DNA from: Lama glama
Taxonomy: Eukaryota
Direction of reading: 5' to 3'
Assembly (NCBI GenBank): GCA_028534125.1
Contig: CM052817.1
Span: 83,578,001-83,642,000 of the forward strand
Length of the DNA: 64,000 nt
The notes beneath the pieces were generated by a model. That model was not told the origin of the DNA, made no database searches, and saw only the letters and a program-made list of their open reading frames with translations. A program made the translations under genes and the position numbers. Positions 1 through 14,380 of this stretch are shown here, one piece after another; positions within the stretch are counted from its first letter, which is position 1, and each line of letters opens with the position of its first letter.

Positions 1-710
1 AGCTTTTGGAGATTGTTCCAAAGAGAGAGAGAAATATCTACAAATATCGAGTCATGCAGGAACAAGAACAATACTAAAAATATATATAATGACCAACTTT
101 GCATTATAAGTACCATATGTGCTGATGAGAGTCCAATTCCTAGAAAAGTCATTTAAGACAGTCATGGAATTTTCTATTCTCTTAAACTCTAGTTTCTATA
201 AAGTTTTTTAATGTAGTTTTAAACTACATTTTAAAAACTATTCTATTTTGTTGAGTTTTTTCATTACCTAGTTTAGCCTCACTGCTGAGCTTTTGTTTAG
301 CTACTTAATGAATTATTTTTCATTCCTTCTAGGTAAAAATAAATCTCTTTCTTCAGTTACACTCTAAGCATTGACATTTTGTATTACTGATGACATTTTT
401 TAGGTCATTAGATGTAGTCTTAAAATGCTGTACTTCCTATTTGTGAATGTGCTGCTCCTGTTAACATCAGGAATTGGCTTTCTCTCTTTGAAGAGGTGTG
501 GAGGATGATACGCTTTTGCTGGCTAGAGACTCCGTCAGGCGGTGAGAGGATGAAACAGTTTTTGGATTGATGAGGATGAAAAACAGAAGGCTTGATAAAT
601 CAGAATCTTATCTGTATCTGATAGGAGATTCTGAAATAATAGGTCCCATGATGATAATTCTTGTTTTCTGAGAAACAAGGTTTCTCTTATGTTCACTTCC
701 TTCTCCCAAT

Positions 711-783
711 ACACAGACACACAGACACAGACACACACACAGACACACACACGCACACACACGCACACACGCACACACACACA
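711..783. repeat. Compound (CA)n microsatellite
   Basis: acacagacac...acgcacacac. Confidence 0.95.
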
Positions 784-2539
784 GATGCTCAGTAACCTTA
801 GCTAGCGTTGGAAATGCCAAATGATAGTGCTAGAATAATTGTGGCAACTGGCAACCAGCAATGCCTAGGCGTGGATAGAGAGATGGAGATGGAGACGGGG
901 TGGTGTTTGAAATAATAGCAGTCTGGTGACACCAGGCCTAGTGCCGGAGTAGGGTGTGCTGTTACCCCTTCAGCTGCTAGAGGAAAGGGAGCAAGAAGGG
1001 GGGCAAAGGTACTGGGGCACCTCAGGGGGCTCAGACGGCAGCTACTTACCATTCAGTAATGAAGAATTACAGTGTTTTAACAACTGAAACAGCCTCCCCC
1101 ATGTACACTGGCTGCACCTCAGCCCTGAGTCAGGGCTCCTCCTTTCTCGCCCATGTCAGTTGCAGGTGTACTGCCGGAGTTCAGCCACATCCTTTCTGTC
1201 TGCAAAAAAAGAGTTATGTTTCCAGTGGAGTTACATTGTATGTATATTTAATTAACATTTGCAAATTCAGCTATGCACACTTGGCAGAAAAAAGAGGAGA
1301 AAGAAATAATGATTTAAATATTTTGGCCCAATTTCACCCACCATTTCCATGTCCTCATTGAGCATGAAATAGGAGTTGTGTATCTGCTGTTTGCCTAGTT
1401 CGCCTTACAGCTGCATTAAGTGTGCTTCTATGTTCAAACAAATGTGTATGTGTATATACAAGACATATATATATAAAATATATATATGTTTTCATGTATA
1501 TGTATGTGTGTGTGTGTATATATATATACATATATATATAACAGCATGACTGTTAAGTGCCTATTCTTAGAGCTTGTGCCAAAATGAGGAAACAGCAATT
1601 TGTCTCAAAGATGGAAGAAAAACTGTTGCAAGTTGGAATTATCATATTGAGAGAGTATGTTGCACTCCAGCATGGTTTTGTCTTCTTACTGTAATTTCAA
1701 GGGGATTTTTACTATATACAAGTTGAGAATTAGGAAGGGAACTAGTGGCTGTGCCAGGAAGCGTTTTGGTGCTTTGCTGATACCATTTCCTTTGATAGTT
1801 TCGTTTATTCCTCATAACCATCTGTAAGAGTCTGATCATTTGTGTTCCTATTTTACACAAGAAGAAAAAGAATCTAAGAGAGAGTTAATGATCTGTCCAT
1901 GGTTGCAGAATTAATAACTCAAAGAACTGGAGCTGATATGATCCTTCCGTTTCACACACATGGGGGGGCACCTTTGTGTCTGCATCCCCTTCCTCTTGCT
2001 GGGCCAGAACTAACTGCAGCAGACTTGTGTCAGAAAAAGTTGTTTTACCTCGTTTGTATCTGTTGCACTTCAAACAGTTATTCAAGCAATAAGAGGAATG
2101 CGGATTTATCAAGAATACCTTAGGAGATATAATTTGCAAATACCCAACAGTAACATTTTTAACTTATACTCAGAGTATAAAAATAGCCTGAAATGCTTTT
2201 TGTCATCCAACAGAAGATGCCCTGGGACAGTGTGTAATGTGGTGGAAAGGTCACTGAGGAGGAGGAGGGCAGATCTTTATTTCAAACCTCTCACTGAGCA
2301 AGTTTCCAAACTCTCCTGGGTTTCAGTTTTCTCAGAGGGGATTTGAGAGAATAAATCTCAGAGCCCCATTCCAACATTACAGTTCTGTGTTTGAATTTTA
2401 AATAAGTTCTGTTATAAATAGGTTGAGAACACCAGAGTGAAATCCCAAGGCGTAGCCTATGTACTAGGTGAGGCACAAGGAACCCAAATCATTTCCTTTA
2501 AAGCCAGGTTTTAACATTCTGCAAAACAGTTGTCTTAGA

Positions 2540-3120
2540 TTCTTCAAAAATGTTAATATCATGAAAGAAAAAAGGGTTAGGAAACTATTTTAGACTAAGC
2601 CAGACTGAACTGACGTACAAGCAAATGCAGTGACTAATCCTGAACTGATCCTGCACTGCAGTGGGGAGCAGCTGTATTGAGACAGTTGGGGAAATTTGAA
2701 TATGGACTTTATTACAGATTAGTATTGTGTTTAGTATCAAAATTCCTAAGTGTCACAATTATATTTGCTTGTGTATCCTTAGGAGACATGTGCTAAAATA
2801 TGTAGTGATGAAGTTTTCAAATAGCTGCAAATCATGATCAAGTGGTGTGGGCCAAAAATTTTTTTTTCATTCAAATACAGTTGGTTGCAATGTATCAATC
2901 TCTGGTGTACAGCATAATGTCAGGCAAAACAATCTTTTAAATACACAGAGATGGTGAGAATGGTAGGAGAGGGGAGAAGAGGTGGGGAAGCAAATGTGAC
3001 AAAACAGTAACTATGGGTGAGGAATTGATGAAGAATACAGCTGGGGGAGGAATATACAGGTTATCAGTCTTCTTCTTGTGATTTTCTTTAGGTTTAAAAT
3101 TTTTTAATAAAAAGTTGTGG
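2540..3120 (+). mobile_element. Old L1 (L1MC-like) 3' UTR fragment
   Basis: Resemblance to the L1MC 3' end (attgagacagttggggaaatttgaatatggact...tttttaataaaaagtt); family from memory. Confidence 0.5.
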
Positions 3121-6100
3121 GTTTAAAAAGAAAGTTTTTAGAAATTCAAATGACAAGAATGAAGGTACAGGTACTCTTCTAATTTTTGACTTTTGTGACC
3201 TTGGTCTGCTGCCACAGCTCTGTGCACTCATTTATTCAAAAAGCGCGTAATCATACAGGTAGAGCACCATCCCCTCCCTGGGCCTGATCAGGGGGTCGGG
3301 TCCAAACATTGCAGGTGACCAGGACTGATTGCATTGAGCACTGTGCCACAGCCAGTTTTCCTCGAGCTTTGGAGGAAACCAACTCCTTTTCTGGGAGATC
3401 AATCTGCAGAATGTTAACCTTAGACCCATACCTTCTAAGTACTTCTTAGGCCTAAAAGAAGAAGAAAAGGCATCTTAAAGGAGATGATACTTGTGTAGAA
3501 TGTTGTAATGTTTATTATTTCCTTGTTCCACAAAAATGATACTTATATATACTGTGGAAAAATTAGGAAGTCGACTGGTAAATTTTTTTTAAAGTATTGT
3601 AACTTTTTTTTTTAATTTTCAGAGCCCAGAAATAACTAGCTCTTTCAGTATTTTAAAGTGGAGAACCGAGGTGATCAGATTTTCATTTTAGTAATATATT
3701 TAGACGTGACTGGAGGTTGGGAAACCAGGTAGTTGGTTTTAGTCCAGAAGAGAGGGGGTGAAGACCTCAGCAAAGGCCTTGGCTGTGGAGATGGAGGCGA
3801 AGGAGTAGATTTGATTCAAAGTATGTGGGAAGCGAAGAGGATAGCACTTCCTACAGGAGAGAGCGGAGTCCAAGATGCTTTCCAGGTTCTGTCTTCAGCG
3901 GTCCTGTGAGATTGCCCAGGAGAGGAGGATCAAGGAGAGAGAATTTGCTGAGCAGAATAGACTCAATTCCTTCAGAATTTTGGCTAAGGAATATTCAAAG
4001 CATCTGCCAGGCAAAAGAGAAAGGATCAGGCTTGCAGAGAGCAGCAGAGATATTGTGAGAGAGATGGTGCAGACCATGAGGCAGAGGTGAGAGTCTGGTC
4101 TGGCTCTGGAGCTGCTTCAAACCTTGACAGTCTCCCTAGGTCCCGTGTGTGAAGAGGAAGACATGGTAGCTAATGAGGAGAGAGAGGGTTGGTTGGTTTG
4201 GCAGGGGCTGGAGAGACATTGCTTGTTGCATGGGATGGGTTGGAGATAGAAGTAGAGGGAGCAACAAGATTTTGGAAGTGGTAATTTATACAGAGCATTT
4301 CCTTGGACCTGAGGGAAGCCACGTCATCTCTTTAACTGGGAGGGAAGGAGGAAAGAAAGGATGGGCAAACCGCACAAACAAGAAAACATTTTGAGGGAGA
4401 CAGGAGGTGATGAAACTTGTCACAGGTTAATGTCCATGGAGGAACAACAGAAGACCCTTTTTATGAGAAGCTTCATGTAAACTCAAACGGAAAAACCCTT
4501 TTTACAAGAAGCTTCATATAAACTATCTTAGATGTTTCTTAATTAAAGATTTTTCATATAGAACACATTAACATCCTTAATATTTACATATACCAACCCC
4601 TTTAAAAAAAATAGCACTCAACTCTTAATTTAGTTATCTATCTCACCCTTTTATCATTTTATCAAAGCAACCAGATTTCCTGACATTTATAACTGCTTAA
4701 CATGTAAGCCTTTCAAAATGTCTTGCTAAAGAGTAATTATCTTTGCATTAAATCAGAAGAATGGTGGCTAAGATAGTTCCTTAAGGAATGTTAATGGATG
4801 GTTCTGTGGTGTATTTGTTTGAGTTCTTGTCCTGGTGAGGGGAAAAGGTTGTGTTGCACCGCAGACAAGAAATGCTGTTTGTTTGCCAAATGTAACATTA
4901 AAGTTCGTTTTCCAGTGTGTCCTTCTTCACTAGGCAGAGCAAACCAATCTTAAAATTTAGGTTTCTGTTGCCACCTAAGGTAAAATTGGTAAATTTTTCA
5001 GTCTACCAGCTCATTTCCTTTTGTCATTTTTGGTGAGTCCTACCCTATCTTTTGACCTCCCCAACCACAAAAATCTCAGCTGAAAAGAGATGCACTCCCT
5101 GTTCGGAGGCATGTTTCTTTCTGCAAGGACCCGTCTTTCTCCTTGTTCCACATCTAGGGTGCATGGCTCTCATGGACGCATAGCCGACCCAGCCTGCCTC
5201 TGTGACACCTGCTTCCCTAGGATGTCACTCATCTCGTGCTTCCTACCATAAGATTTCTCACCCTCCCCTCCATTCACATACCTAGCTCCTCCCCAGAGCC
5301 CGGTGCCAGGGGAACAGTCTTCAAAGCTCCCTTCTCTACTGGTACAAAGTCTGCACTCAGGATTTTCCCAGATTCTAAAGATTTCTCACATTTCCAAGGA
5401 AACCACCAAAGACTCCCATATATTTTATTTGGACCCTTCCAAGTCCTCATTCTCGGATAAAAGAACCCCCTGACCACCAAGCCATTTATTGCATCAGATC
5501 TTTTTTCAAGAATTTAATATATTTATGCTTATGTTTCTGTTTTTATCTGTGTATACATAGGTTGAGCATTACCCACTAGAACAGATGCCACCCTTAGAAC
5601 GTAGTCTTTCAGGCCATGTAATGCTTACATGTTGCCTATTTGGGTCAAAATCTCACACGAAATTTTGTTTTTCACATCTCTCTAAGATCATTTCTGAGAC
5701 AGTGTCTCTTCAGCTCTTCCTCACCTTATCCTTATATTAATTTTCCTCAGATAACTCTTGATTGTTCCCATATAGGGTCTCTAAGTTGTTTTATATATTT
5801 TTGTTCAGCTTTCTTAATTTTTTCCCTCTGAATATACTAATTTTCTACTCAGCCTTTTTAAGTATTGTATTCTAATACTGAGGGCCCATTTTTCAGCATA
5901 AGGTGTGCAGAAAACATTAGAAATTTAGTAAAGGTTGAGATTTTCCATTTGGAATATTAAATGTTTTGTGAAAAAAACATGATCATTGGACTTAGAAAAA
6001 TTTCATGAGGAACTCCCTTTACTCTCTAGTTGTGACCTGGTTCATCTTAACTCTAAATATATACATATTAATGAATGTAGACCCCATGTCTCTTCTACTT

Positions 6101-6981
6101 TTTAATAAAATAAAATCTGAAACTTGTTTTAGAAAATATATTTATGTAACTTAATTTACTTTAGGTAGACAAAGATAACTTACTGCCTCTGAAATGCCAG
6201 ACAGCTACAGATAAGCGAAATTGAATACAGCCATAAATAGTCACTCCCTGCCAATCAAAAAAAAAAAAGAATATCTAGATATTTTTCCTTTTGAAAGGTT
6301 TTATTCAGTCAGGATAGATTTATTTTATAGTACAACACTAACAATAGCTGGGTGAGCTGATGGGATTATGAATGAATTTTTAAAAATAATATACTTAACA
6401 TTTTTGCTAAAAATATATAAATATGTAAAACTCATTCTTAAAAAGAGTGACAGTGATATGTTTGGTGCTTATCATATATTTAAAGTTGGCCTTAAAAATG
6501 GTACCTCTCAATAAATTATTAAAATAGGGATTGTTCATCACTGTCTTGATAATAATTTTTAAATGTTTTCTCAAAATGCAACTTACTGCATATAAACAAT
6601 TTTATCTGCTTTTAAATATTGAAAAGATTTCTTTTTTTCCTCAGTTTTATTGAGGTATGATTGGTAAAAACTGTACATGTTTAAGTTATACAGTGTGATG
6701 ATTTAATATACATTTATTCTTTATTCTTGATCAAGCATGAATTTATTTTTTGATTTAAAATTTAATCTAATTTTAAAAATCATTGCACTTTAAAGTCTAA
6801 ATTTAAAATTTTATGGATTGTTACAATTAGAATGTCCCATTTTACTCATCTGTATTCTGATAAGGTCTTAAACATTAGAAATATTTTGTGTCTGTATAGC
6901 TTATGATGATGTCCTTACTACACAAAACTGTATTTAGTGAAAACTTCTTTTAGTCAAGATACACACTGGTGCACCTTTGAA

Positions 6982-7070
6982 TTTTTTTTTTTTAACAGAG
7001 GTACTGGGGATTGAACCCTGGACCTTGTGCATGCTAACCATGCATTCCACCTATTTCCCTCCCCCGCCCC
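6982..7070 (-). mobile_element. tRNA-derived SINE (camelid Vic-1-like), degenerate
   Basis: T-tail then gaggtactggggattgaaccctggaccttgtgcatgct (B-box on - strand); degenerate flanking duplication acactggtgcacctttgaa / acactagtgcttctttgaa. Confidence 0.7.
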
Positions 7071-7850
7071 ATACACTAGTGCTTCTTTGAAATGAGCAAG
7101 CTATCTTTGGCCAGCTGGCATCTAGACACATATCTCCATTTGCAAGAAAGGTAATTGAGAAGTAGAAGCTACCTTTCAACAACTGGAAAATGGCCACATT
7201 CTGGGCTCTTAACAATCTTGTTTGACATCAGGCCATGAAATTAAAACCATCTTCATAAAACTGATAATCTTCATAGGACCATGATCCAAGATCCAGCATG
7301 TGGACAGTTTTTTTTTCACTCTTCTTAGCCTTTATTCTAAATGATCACAAAGAATGTCTAAGAGAAGAATATTTGAGTATCACCTCACTTGAAAGGAGAG
7401 CTAATTCTGGTTGTATGAGATTGATTTTAATCTTGAGTCTCTTCCTTCTACCTTCGCCAGATGAGTTAGTGCTGTTGGCATTTATAATATAATGTTGCTA
7501 TTTATTACACTATCAGATCATACTAATTTTTTCCCCATGGCATTTCTTGTATTTCCTGTCAATACTTAGAATACAGTGATTAAGCTTAAATTAATGAACT
7601 TATTACAGAGAATTATACATTCCTACTCTATAAGCATTTGTAATCATATGTGCCAGACATTGTCCTAGGAGCTGGATATACAAATATAAACAGAGTACAC
7701 AGTCCCTGCCATCAAGGAGCCCAATGCTCTAGGATGACTTTTATGCATACTATGCATACCTGGGTGCATATGTGCACATACAGATCCTTCTTTGTGAAAA
7801 CTGCAGCTGACTTTCCATCATTGAAAAATCAACCTTTTAATTTTTTAAAG

Positions 7851-8054
7851 GTGAAACTGACATTTGAAAATGCATATGCTGTGAAAAAGGACACAACTCA
7901 ACCAAGACAGAAAAAGGCACAGTCAAACACTAGTGATTTGGTAAGACTTCTCTGGGGAGAAGACGTTGAAGGTATCCAGCAGAATATCTTAAACTCTCCT
8001 CACATCATCATGTATCTCACACTACAGCTTGACTCAGAAGCATCAAAGGAAGAG
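7851..8054 (+). CDS. INTU: INTU (inturned planar cell polarity effector) internal coding exon, probably exon 4
   Basis: ttttttaaag|GTGAAA...GAAGAG|gtgagt; 204 bp, phase 0/0; encodes [22 protein letters not shown]...[14 protein letters not shown], recognisable INTU sequence. Confidence 0.95.
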
Positions 8055-8844
8055 GTGAGTGTCTTCTTGACCGTGCAAAGGAAAGAAGTAAGGACTTTTC
8101 GTAGTTTTCCAAGTGAATGATAAGCACTTTCCTCAGTCATTCTGTGTCTTTATTGTTTTTGTATGTCTCTTACACACAACAATCTTCAAATTGACAAGCT
8201 CAGTGAGTCCATTTATAGAGATGACTGAAATAACTGAATTTGTTTCCTCTACTTTAAAAATTTCTTTTTGAACTGCTTTTTCCATGATAGTTTTAACCCA
8301 TGTATTATTATTATTCTTGCTGTAGATGCTTCTATCTTTTTAGGGATTACTCTTAAAATTTTATCATGATATTTGTCTTAACAGATTCTAAAGTAAAACA
8401 CTGTCTTAACCCCCTTTGAAAATAATTCAAGACCCTTAGTATACCTTAACTCCATTTCTCTCCTCTTCACCTACATGCCATTTGTCATCAATATTTTAGT
8501 GCTGTCATTTTTTAAAATTCTGTAAATTGGGCATAATTATTACTAATAGTACTACTTATTATTATAATACTTTATATGTTATAAAATATACAAAGTATAT
8601 ATCATAAAGTGTATATTTTATATCATTGCATACAGTTGAATCGTCTTTAAATTTACATGTATGCTTACAATTTTTTCACTTTTCTTACATCTCAGACTGT
8701 CCTCATTCGATCATTTTTCTTCTTCTTAAAACATATATGTAAGTCGTTTTTTAGTAAAAATAAGATAAAAAATTACTTTTGTTGTTACTTATCTGATGAT
8801 GTCTTTTTCACCCTTTTTGAAATGTAGCTTTATAATGTTACATT

Positions 8845-9230
8845 GTGAGACTAGGCCAGTCGCTATGACAAACAATCCTGTCTCAGTGGCTTAACATAAC
8901 AAAGGTTATTTCTCATTTCAATGTCTGTGTTCCTGGTCAATTGGCTCAGTGATGTGAGTCCTTGATCCCGTGGTTCCATTATTCTCAAGGGTTTCAGAGT
9001 CCTCTCTGGGATCTTTTGCATCTAGTTGTCCGGTGAGGGAAGAGAGAAAGCATGCACTATCACAAGGGACATTTCAGAGACTTGGCTTAAAAGTAGGAAC
9101 ATCACTCTGTTCATGTTCCAGTGCCTGGAACTAGCTATATGGTCTCTCCCAATGCAAGGAGGTGAGAAATGTCGTCTTCCTGTGTGGCTAGAAAGAAGAT
9201 GAAGTCAACACATGGCATTGCTTATGCCAA
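8845..9230. mobile_element. MaLR (MLT1-type) solo LTR relic
   Basis: tctcagtggcttaacataacaaaggttatttctc motif typical of MLT1 LTRs. Confidence 0.5.
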
Positions 9231-12069
9231 CTAGGTAGAAAGTTGTTTTCTCTAATCTGTTTGCAGATAGTATTTCTTTGTCTTCTGACTTCCATAATTG
9301 CTGTTACTGAGTCTACTGTCAGTCATTCCTTTTTAAGGAATCTTCTATTTTCTTTGTTCAGGTTCTTGCTTCTGCTCTGTCCAAACTGTCTTTTAACCTC
9401 TCCATGGTGTTTTTTGGTTTAAACAGTCATATTTTTATTTTTAGAAGTTCCTGAAAAGTTTTTAACTAATCTACATGCAAATCTGCTGTGCTAGTCCTGA
9501 TCGTCTCTTGTTGCTCGCTTGTCTTAGTGATTCTATACTTTATTTCTCTAAGCACTTCATACATAGCTCTTCTCTATTCTACATCTTCCCATTCCAGTAT
9601 CTCTAAGGCCTGGTGGAGACTCTGGCTTGTGGTGCTTGCCTTCTTACATCCTTGGGTATCGAGTGAACTTACTGCTTGATTTTATCTTTGTGAGTCCCGT
9701 GGTTCTAAGTGGGGAATGCCTTCTTCCAAAGAGAATTTGCCACTTCTGCTTGTCACAGAGCTAGGGCACTTCAGCCTTACTTGAGGGTCTGGGTTTAACA
9801 CAGCCTTACTTAGGGGTCCTAGGCTTAGCTCACCTACCTAACCACTAGCCCAGTGCTCAGTGTCATGACTGAAGCTATTGTAGGTATCAGCCCTCAAGAC
9901 CACTTGCCTGTCCTTCTGCCCACTAACCACTCCCTGCTGAGGCCCAGCTTGCCTTGCAGTGCTACGGAAGGGAGTTGGAAGGATACAGAAATGATGTCCC
10001 TGGAAACCTCTCTACTTCTATATCCTGCAATTCAACAAGTATATTTTGGCCATGAATCTTGTAGTTTTACAGCACAAAGTTCTCTCAAAGCATCTAGTTT
10101 ATCATGATGCTTTGAGCAGAAGTGAGATCTGAAAAGTTTTACTTAACATACATTTCTTTGCTTTTGAAATCCTTGCAGCCTATGTTCTCAATGCCAAAGC
10201 CATTTAATCCAAAGGATGTATTTCCTTGGATTGCTTCTTCATAGATCAAAATTTAGTCAGTAACTGACATGGAAAAGAAAGGATTTACTTATATATATTT
10301 TTGTAATTTTCTGTGTTCTGAAAAAAGACGTGGGGACCTAGAGTTGATAATTGTAATTTCTTGCACGTATTACTGGTCCTTTATATCTTTAAAACAAATG
10401 AGAAATTTAACCATTTATTATATAAGACACACAGCACATTTCTGGGATAGCACCCTGAGTCTGTCTAGGTCGTGTTGGAGTAGGATAGCACTGAGGCCTT
10501 TTGTCACCCTTGCCTTTCTTTCCATGGGAAACTGTGTAGATGTTTCTCAGATGAACAGGTTTCTGTCTGTTGACAGCCCTGTATCAACATTGTAGTTAGG
10601 AGAGCCTTTTTATTCTTATTGTACAGAGTGGAAACTGCTGCAAATGCAGGCTGCCAACAAGGGCTTAAAAATACAGCTAATTAAATGGGTTAGGAACTGT
10701 GCAGCTTGCCAGGGCTTGAATAGTGAGGCTTTCCAGGCTGGTCACTGCAGAGCTTGGAATAGACTCTCTCAAATGACCTCTGTACTGGTATTACTTGTTC
10801 TACAATTAAATGTCATAGGGTCATTTTGTTTCCATGTGAGTTACGTATTTAATAACTGCTTGTTTCCTTCAAGTTACAAGATTTGGAAATTTCAAAAAAT
10901 GAATCAAAGAGTAAGTGGTGTTTGTTTAAAGTGGTGTTTGGTATTTGGCTAAATACAGTAAGTTTATCTGCCAGTTAAGGTTTAAATTTATTAAGTAGAC
11001 ATAACAGATCTTAACTGATCTTTGACTTAATTTTTAACGATAAAATGTTTTGTAACTGTTTTTACACTAGAAGTATTGCCAGAAGGTTTGAGTTGTTGGA
11101 GGCAGAGAATTTGGCCAGCATATTGCATAGCAATTTTCATATAGTCAATGTGCTTAATAAGAATAAAAAACAGATGTATCCAGATAATAATAAATATCAT
11201 TTTTTCTTTTTGCCCTAACGTAAAAGTTGCCAAGACATGGACTCCAAGTCACATAATTATTTCTTGTAAAGAGAGACCAAAGCAAAGTGTAGAACACTCT
11301 TTAGAGAGAGAACCAGGGAAAAGATACACTATTTTAAGAGTTTGGGCTTTCAATAATGACTATATTAATATTAATGGATATTGTCATTAAACAGTGTAAC
11401 TGGAAGTTACTCTGAATTCTCTGTGATTTCTATCTAGAATTTTTATTTTGCCTGCTTTTAATTTGCCTTGTGAGAAAAATAGCATGTGGCTTTAAGTAAC
11501 AGCAAAAAAGTGATGTGCAGAATGATTCATCCCTTTGTGTAAAAGTTCTAGCAGTGTACTTCCTGATTTTGAAATTTATTTTATTTTTGTAAAACCTATT
11601 TATTTCCTGGGAACATGCTCTTCTTGAAAATAGAAAACTATTAAGCATTTTGTGAATTACCTTATAGGTTTAATAATTTCCGTAATTTAAAATGTCTTCT
11701 CTTTCAAAGTTTGGATTCAGATTATTTTGTGTTGGGCAAACACTTTCAACTTTAAACTGAAGATTTTATAGTATCATAATAATTCTTTCTTCCTATCTGC
11801 AGTAGTTTAATTTTGTACTCTCGCTTTGTGAGTTTAACTGCAGTCTTGCCTTGTGCTTAAATAAGATTTAATGGTTTCATCAAAGATGAAGATTTTTTAG
11901 AAGTTAGTAATGAAAGTAATTAAATTTAAAGACTCCTAAAAGTTACATGTGGTGTCTGTGTAGATATGTAACCATAGGAGAGAAGAATATTTGTATAATG
12001 AAATATAATAAAATACTAGCATTTGAATTTATTGTAAAAGAGATTAAAGTTTGAAACATTGTTTGAAAT

Positions 12070-12569
12070 NNNNNNNNNNNNNNNNNNNNNNNNNNNNNNN
12101 NNNNNNNNNNNNNNNNNNNNNNNNNNNNNNNNNNNNNNNNNNNNNNNNNNNNNNNNNNNNNNNNNNNNNNNNNNNNNNNNNNNNNNNNNNNNNNNNNNNN
12201 NNNNNNNNNNNNNNNNNNNNNNNNNNNNNNNNNNNNNNNNNNNNNNNNNNNNNNNNNNNNNNNNNNNNNNNNNNNNNNNNNNNNNNNNNNNNNNNNNNNN
12301 NNNNNNNNNNNNNNNNNNNNNNNNNNNNNNNNNNNNNNNNNNNNNNNNNNNNNNNNNNNNNNNNNNNNNNNNNNNNNNNNNNNNNNNNNNNNNNNNNNNN
12401 NNNNNNNNNNNNNNNNNNNNNNNNNNNNNNNNNNNNNNNNNNNNNNNNNNNNNNNNNNNNNNNNNNNNNNNNNNNNNNNNNNNNNNNNNNNNNNNNNNNN
12501 NNNNNNNNNNNNNNNNNNNNNNNNNNNNNNNNNNNNNNNNNNNNNNNNNNNNNNNNNNNNNNNNNNNNN
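12070..12569. other. Assembly gap (exactly 500 N, probably a placeholder length)
   Basis: Run of 500 N; right flank starts in an antisense L1 3' tail. Confidence 0.99.
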
Positions 12570-13003
12570 TTTATTTATTTATTTTTAAATTGAAGTACAG
12601 TCAGTTACAATGTGTCAGTTTCTGGTGTACAGCACAATGTTCCAGTCATGCATATACATACATATATTTGTTTTCATATTCTTGGTTAAAAAAGTTTCTA
12701 ACTTAGAACTGGAAAGCAGTTTTTTAACCTCATAAATTAGTTTGTGTTGAATAAAGAGGGAAGCCCATTTTGAAATAATTGAGATTAAACTGAAAAATGC
12801 CTATATGTGAAATAAATTAATTTTTTGTAATTGCAAAGCTTGAAAACAAGATCTTCCATTTGGGGACATCTCTTAAATAACACAAAGGAGAAAGAGATAT
12901 TTATTTAATTCTTCAAGTAATTATTAAGCACATTTATATGGCCGTTACTAAAAAGTAAGTAATATGAGTTAAATGTATTATTCTTTTTTTTTTCCCCACA
13001 TAG

Positions 13004-13057
13004 ATGGAATTAGATACAGCACTGAGTGACTTGGAGGCAGCAGATTTTGCAGAACTG
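13004..13057 (+). CDS. INTU: INTU coding exon (probably exon 9)
   Basis: polypyrimidine tract...cacatag|ATGGAATTA...GAACTG|gtaaga; 54 bp, MELDTALSDLEAADFAEL. Confidence 0.95.
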
Positions 13058-13449
13058 GTAAGAGAAGCAGTGGATTTTAGGAAAGTTTCAATATTAATTT
13101 CTTATTTTGTAAATCAGTCATTATTCTAAATATTTTCCAAGGCGGCATGTAATAATCTTGAAATATGTAACATTAGGTGTCTATTGAAATGGACAAAATC
13201 CATTTTGCTGCCTTAAGATTTTCTATTCAGTTAAAAATATTTGTTACATAATATATATATGTAATGACTAATTACATGAGTATCCTTAAAAACTGGGCTT
13301 TGAGAGAAAGGACATACATGTAATACTGATTATATTAAGTAAAAGCACTGTAGACCTGAATTTAAGTTGGGAGTATGGTTTTTAATCTTTTAAAACATGA
13401 GTTTTTTTCTTTTAAACCACGAGTTTATAATGTTACTAAAGAAAAAAAG

Positions 13450-14380
13450 AAACTTTTTGGTCAGCTTTGAGGAATGCTAAGGAACCAGTTCATTACTGTG
13501 GAAACTGGTGATTAAGGAGAAAGAATCAAATATTTATCTGCCTTTCCTATCTGAACCATACCTCAGGGTTGCCAAATAGAGATGAGGGGGAGTTTCTCTT
13601 TGTGGAAGTGGTCTACCTAATATATTAAGAAAGAATGTCAGAATTGGAATATCATTTTATAATCCCTCACTGAGTTAATGGATCTAAGCAGTGATCATCA
13701 GTAACTGTTAACATCACAAAAGAAAAGACAGCAAGATAGTATGTGGTTCCTAAAGGGGAACACACAAACCCCCTCTGAAGTATACTTGATCCTGCCTCAA
13801 GATCTAACTACCAATTTACTGGAAATGCCAGGAGGAAAGGGACATGTTAAAATATCCCATTTGAGGGAGGAAGATTGCAATCAGCAAAATCCAGACTGGG
13901 AAACACACAGGACAGTTTCTTCAACAAATAAATTAGAAGGCGGCTGAGGAGAGGTTGAGAGAGAACCTCTCAGTTACAAGAGGCTTAATAAACATATCAA
14001 CCAGTTTCAATATGGACCTTACTTGGGTCCAGATTCAAACAAACAAAATTTTAAAAACATCTATGAGGCAATCAAGGAATTGATAACTGGCTATTAGGTG
14101 AGAATAATCCTATAGATACGGTCATGGTATTATGGTTATATATTTTGTTAAAGTCCTGTTTTAGAGATACATTCTGAACTATTTACAGATGAAATGCCAA
14201 AACATCTGAGATTGACTCTGAAATAATTCAGTAGGGAGAGGGGAGAAGGAGAAGGGGATATAGATGAAACAAGATTAGCTTCAGGTCATTGTGGAAGCTG
14301 GGAGTATGGGTACATAGGAGCTAATTATACTACTCAATTTTTGTATATGCTAAAATTTTCAGTAATGAAGTCTTTACAAA
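13450..14380 (+). mobile_element. Old L1 (L1MC-like) 3' UTR fragment
   Basis: tttagagatacattctgaactatttacagatgaaatg...gggtacataggagctaattatact. Confidence 0.55.

Noticed and set aside
7650..8120. 156-aa ORF as a single-exon gene
   Set aside because: Only 7851-8054 is INTU exon; the flanks are intron read-through, including an L2-like relic
12051..12706. Long ORFs of X residues
   Set aside because: Artefacts of the N gap
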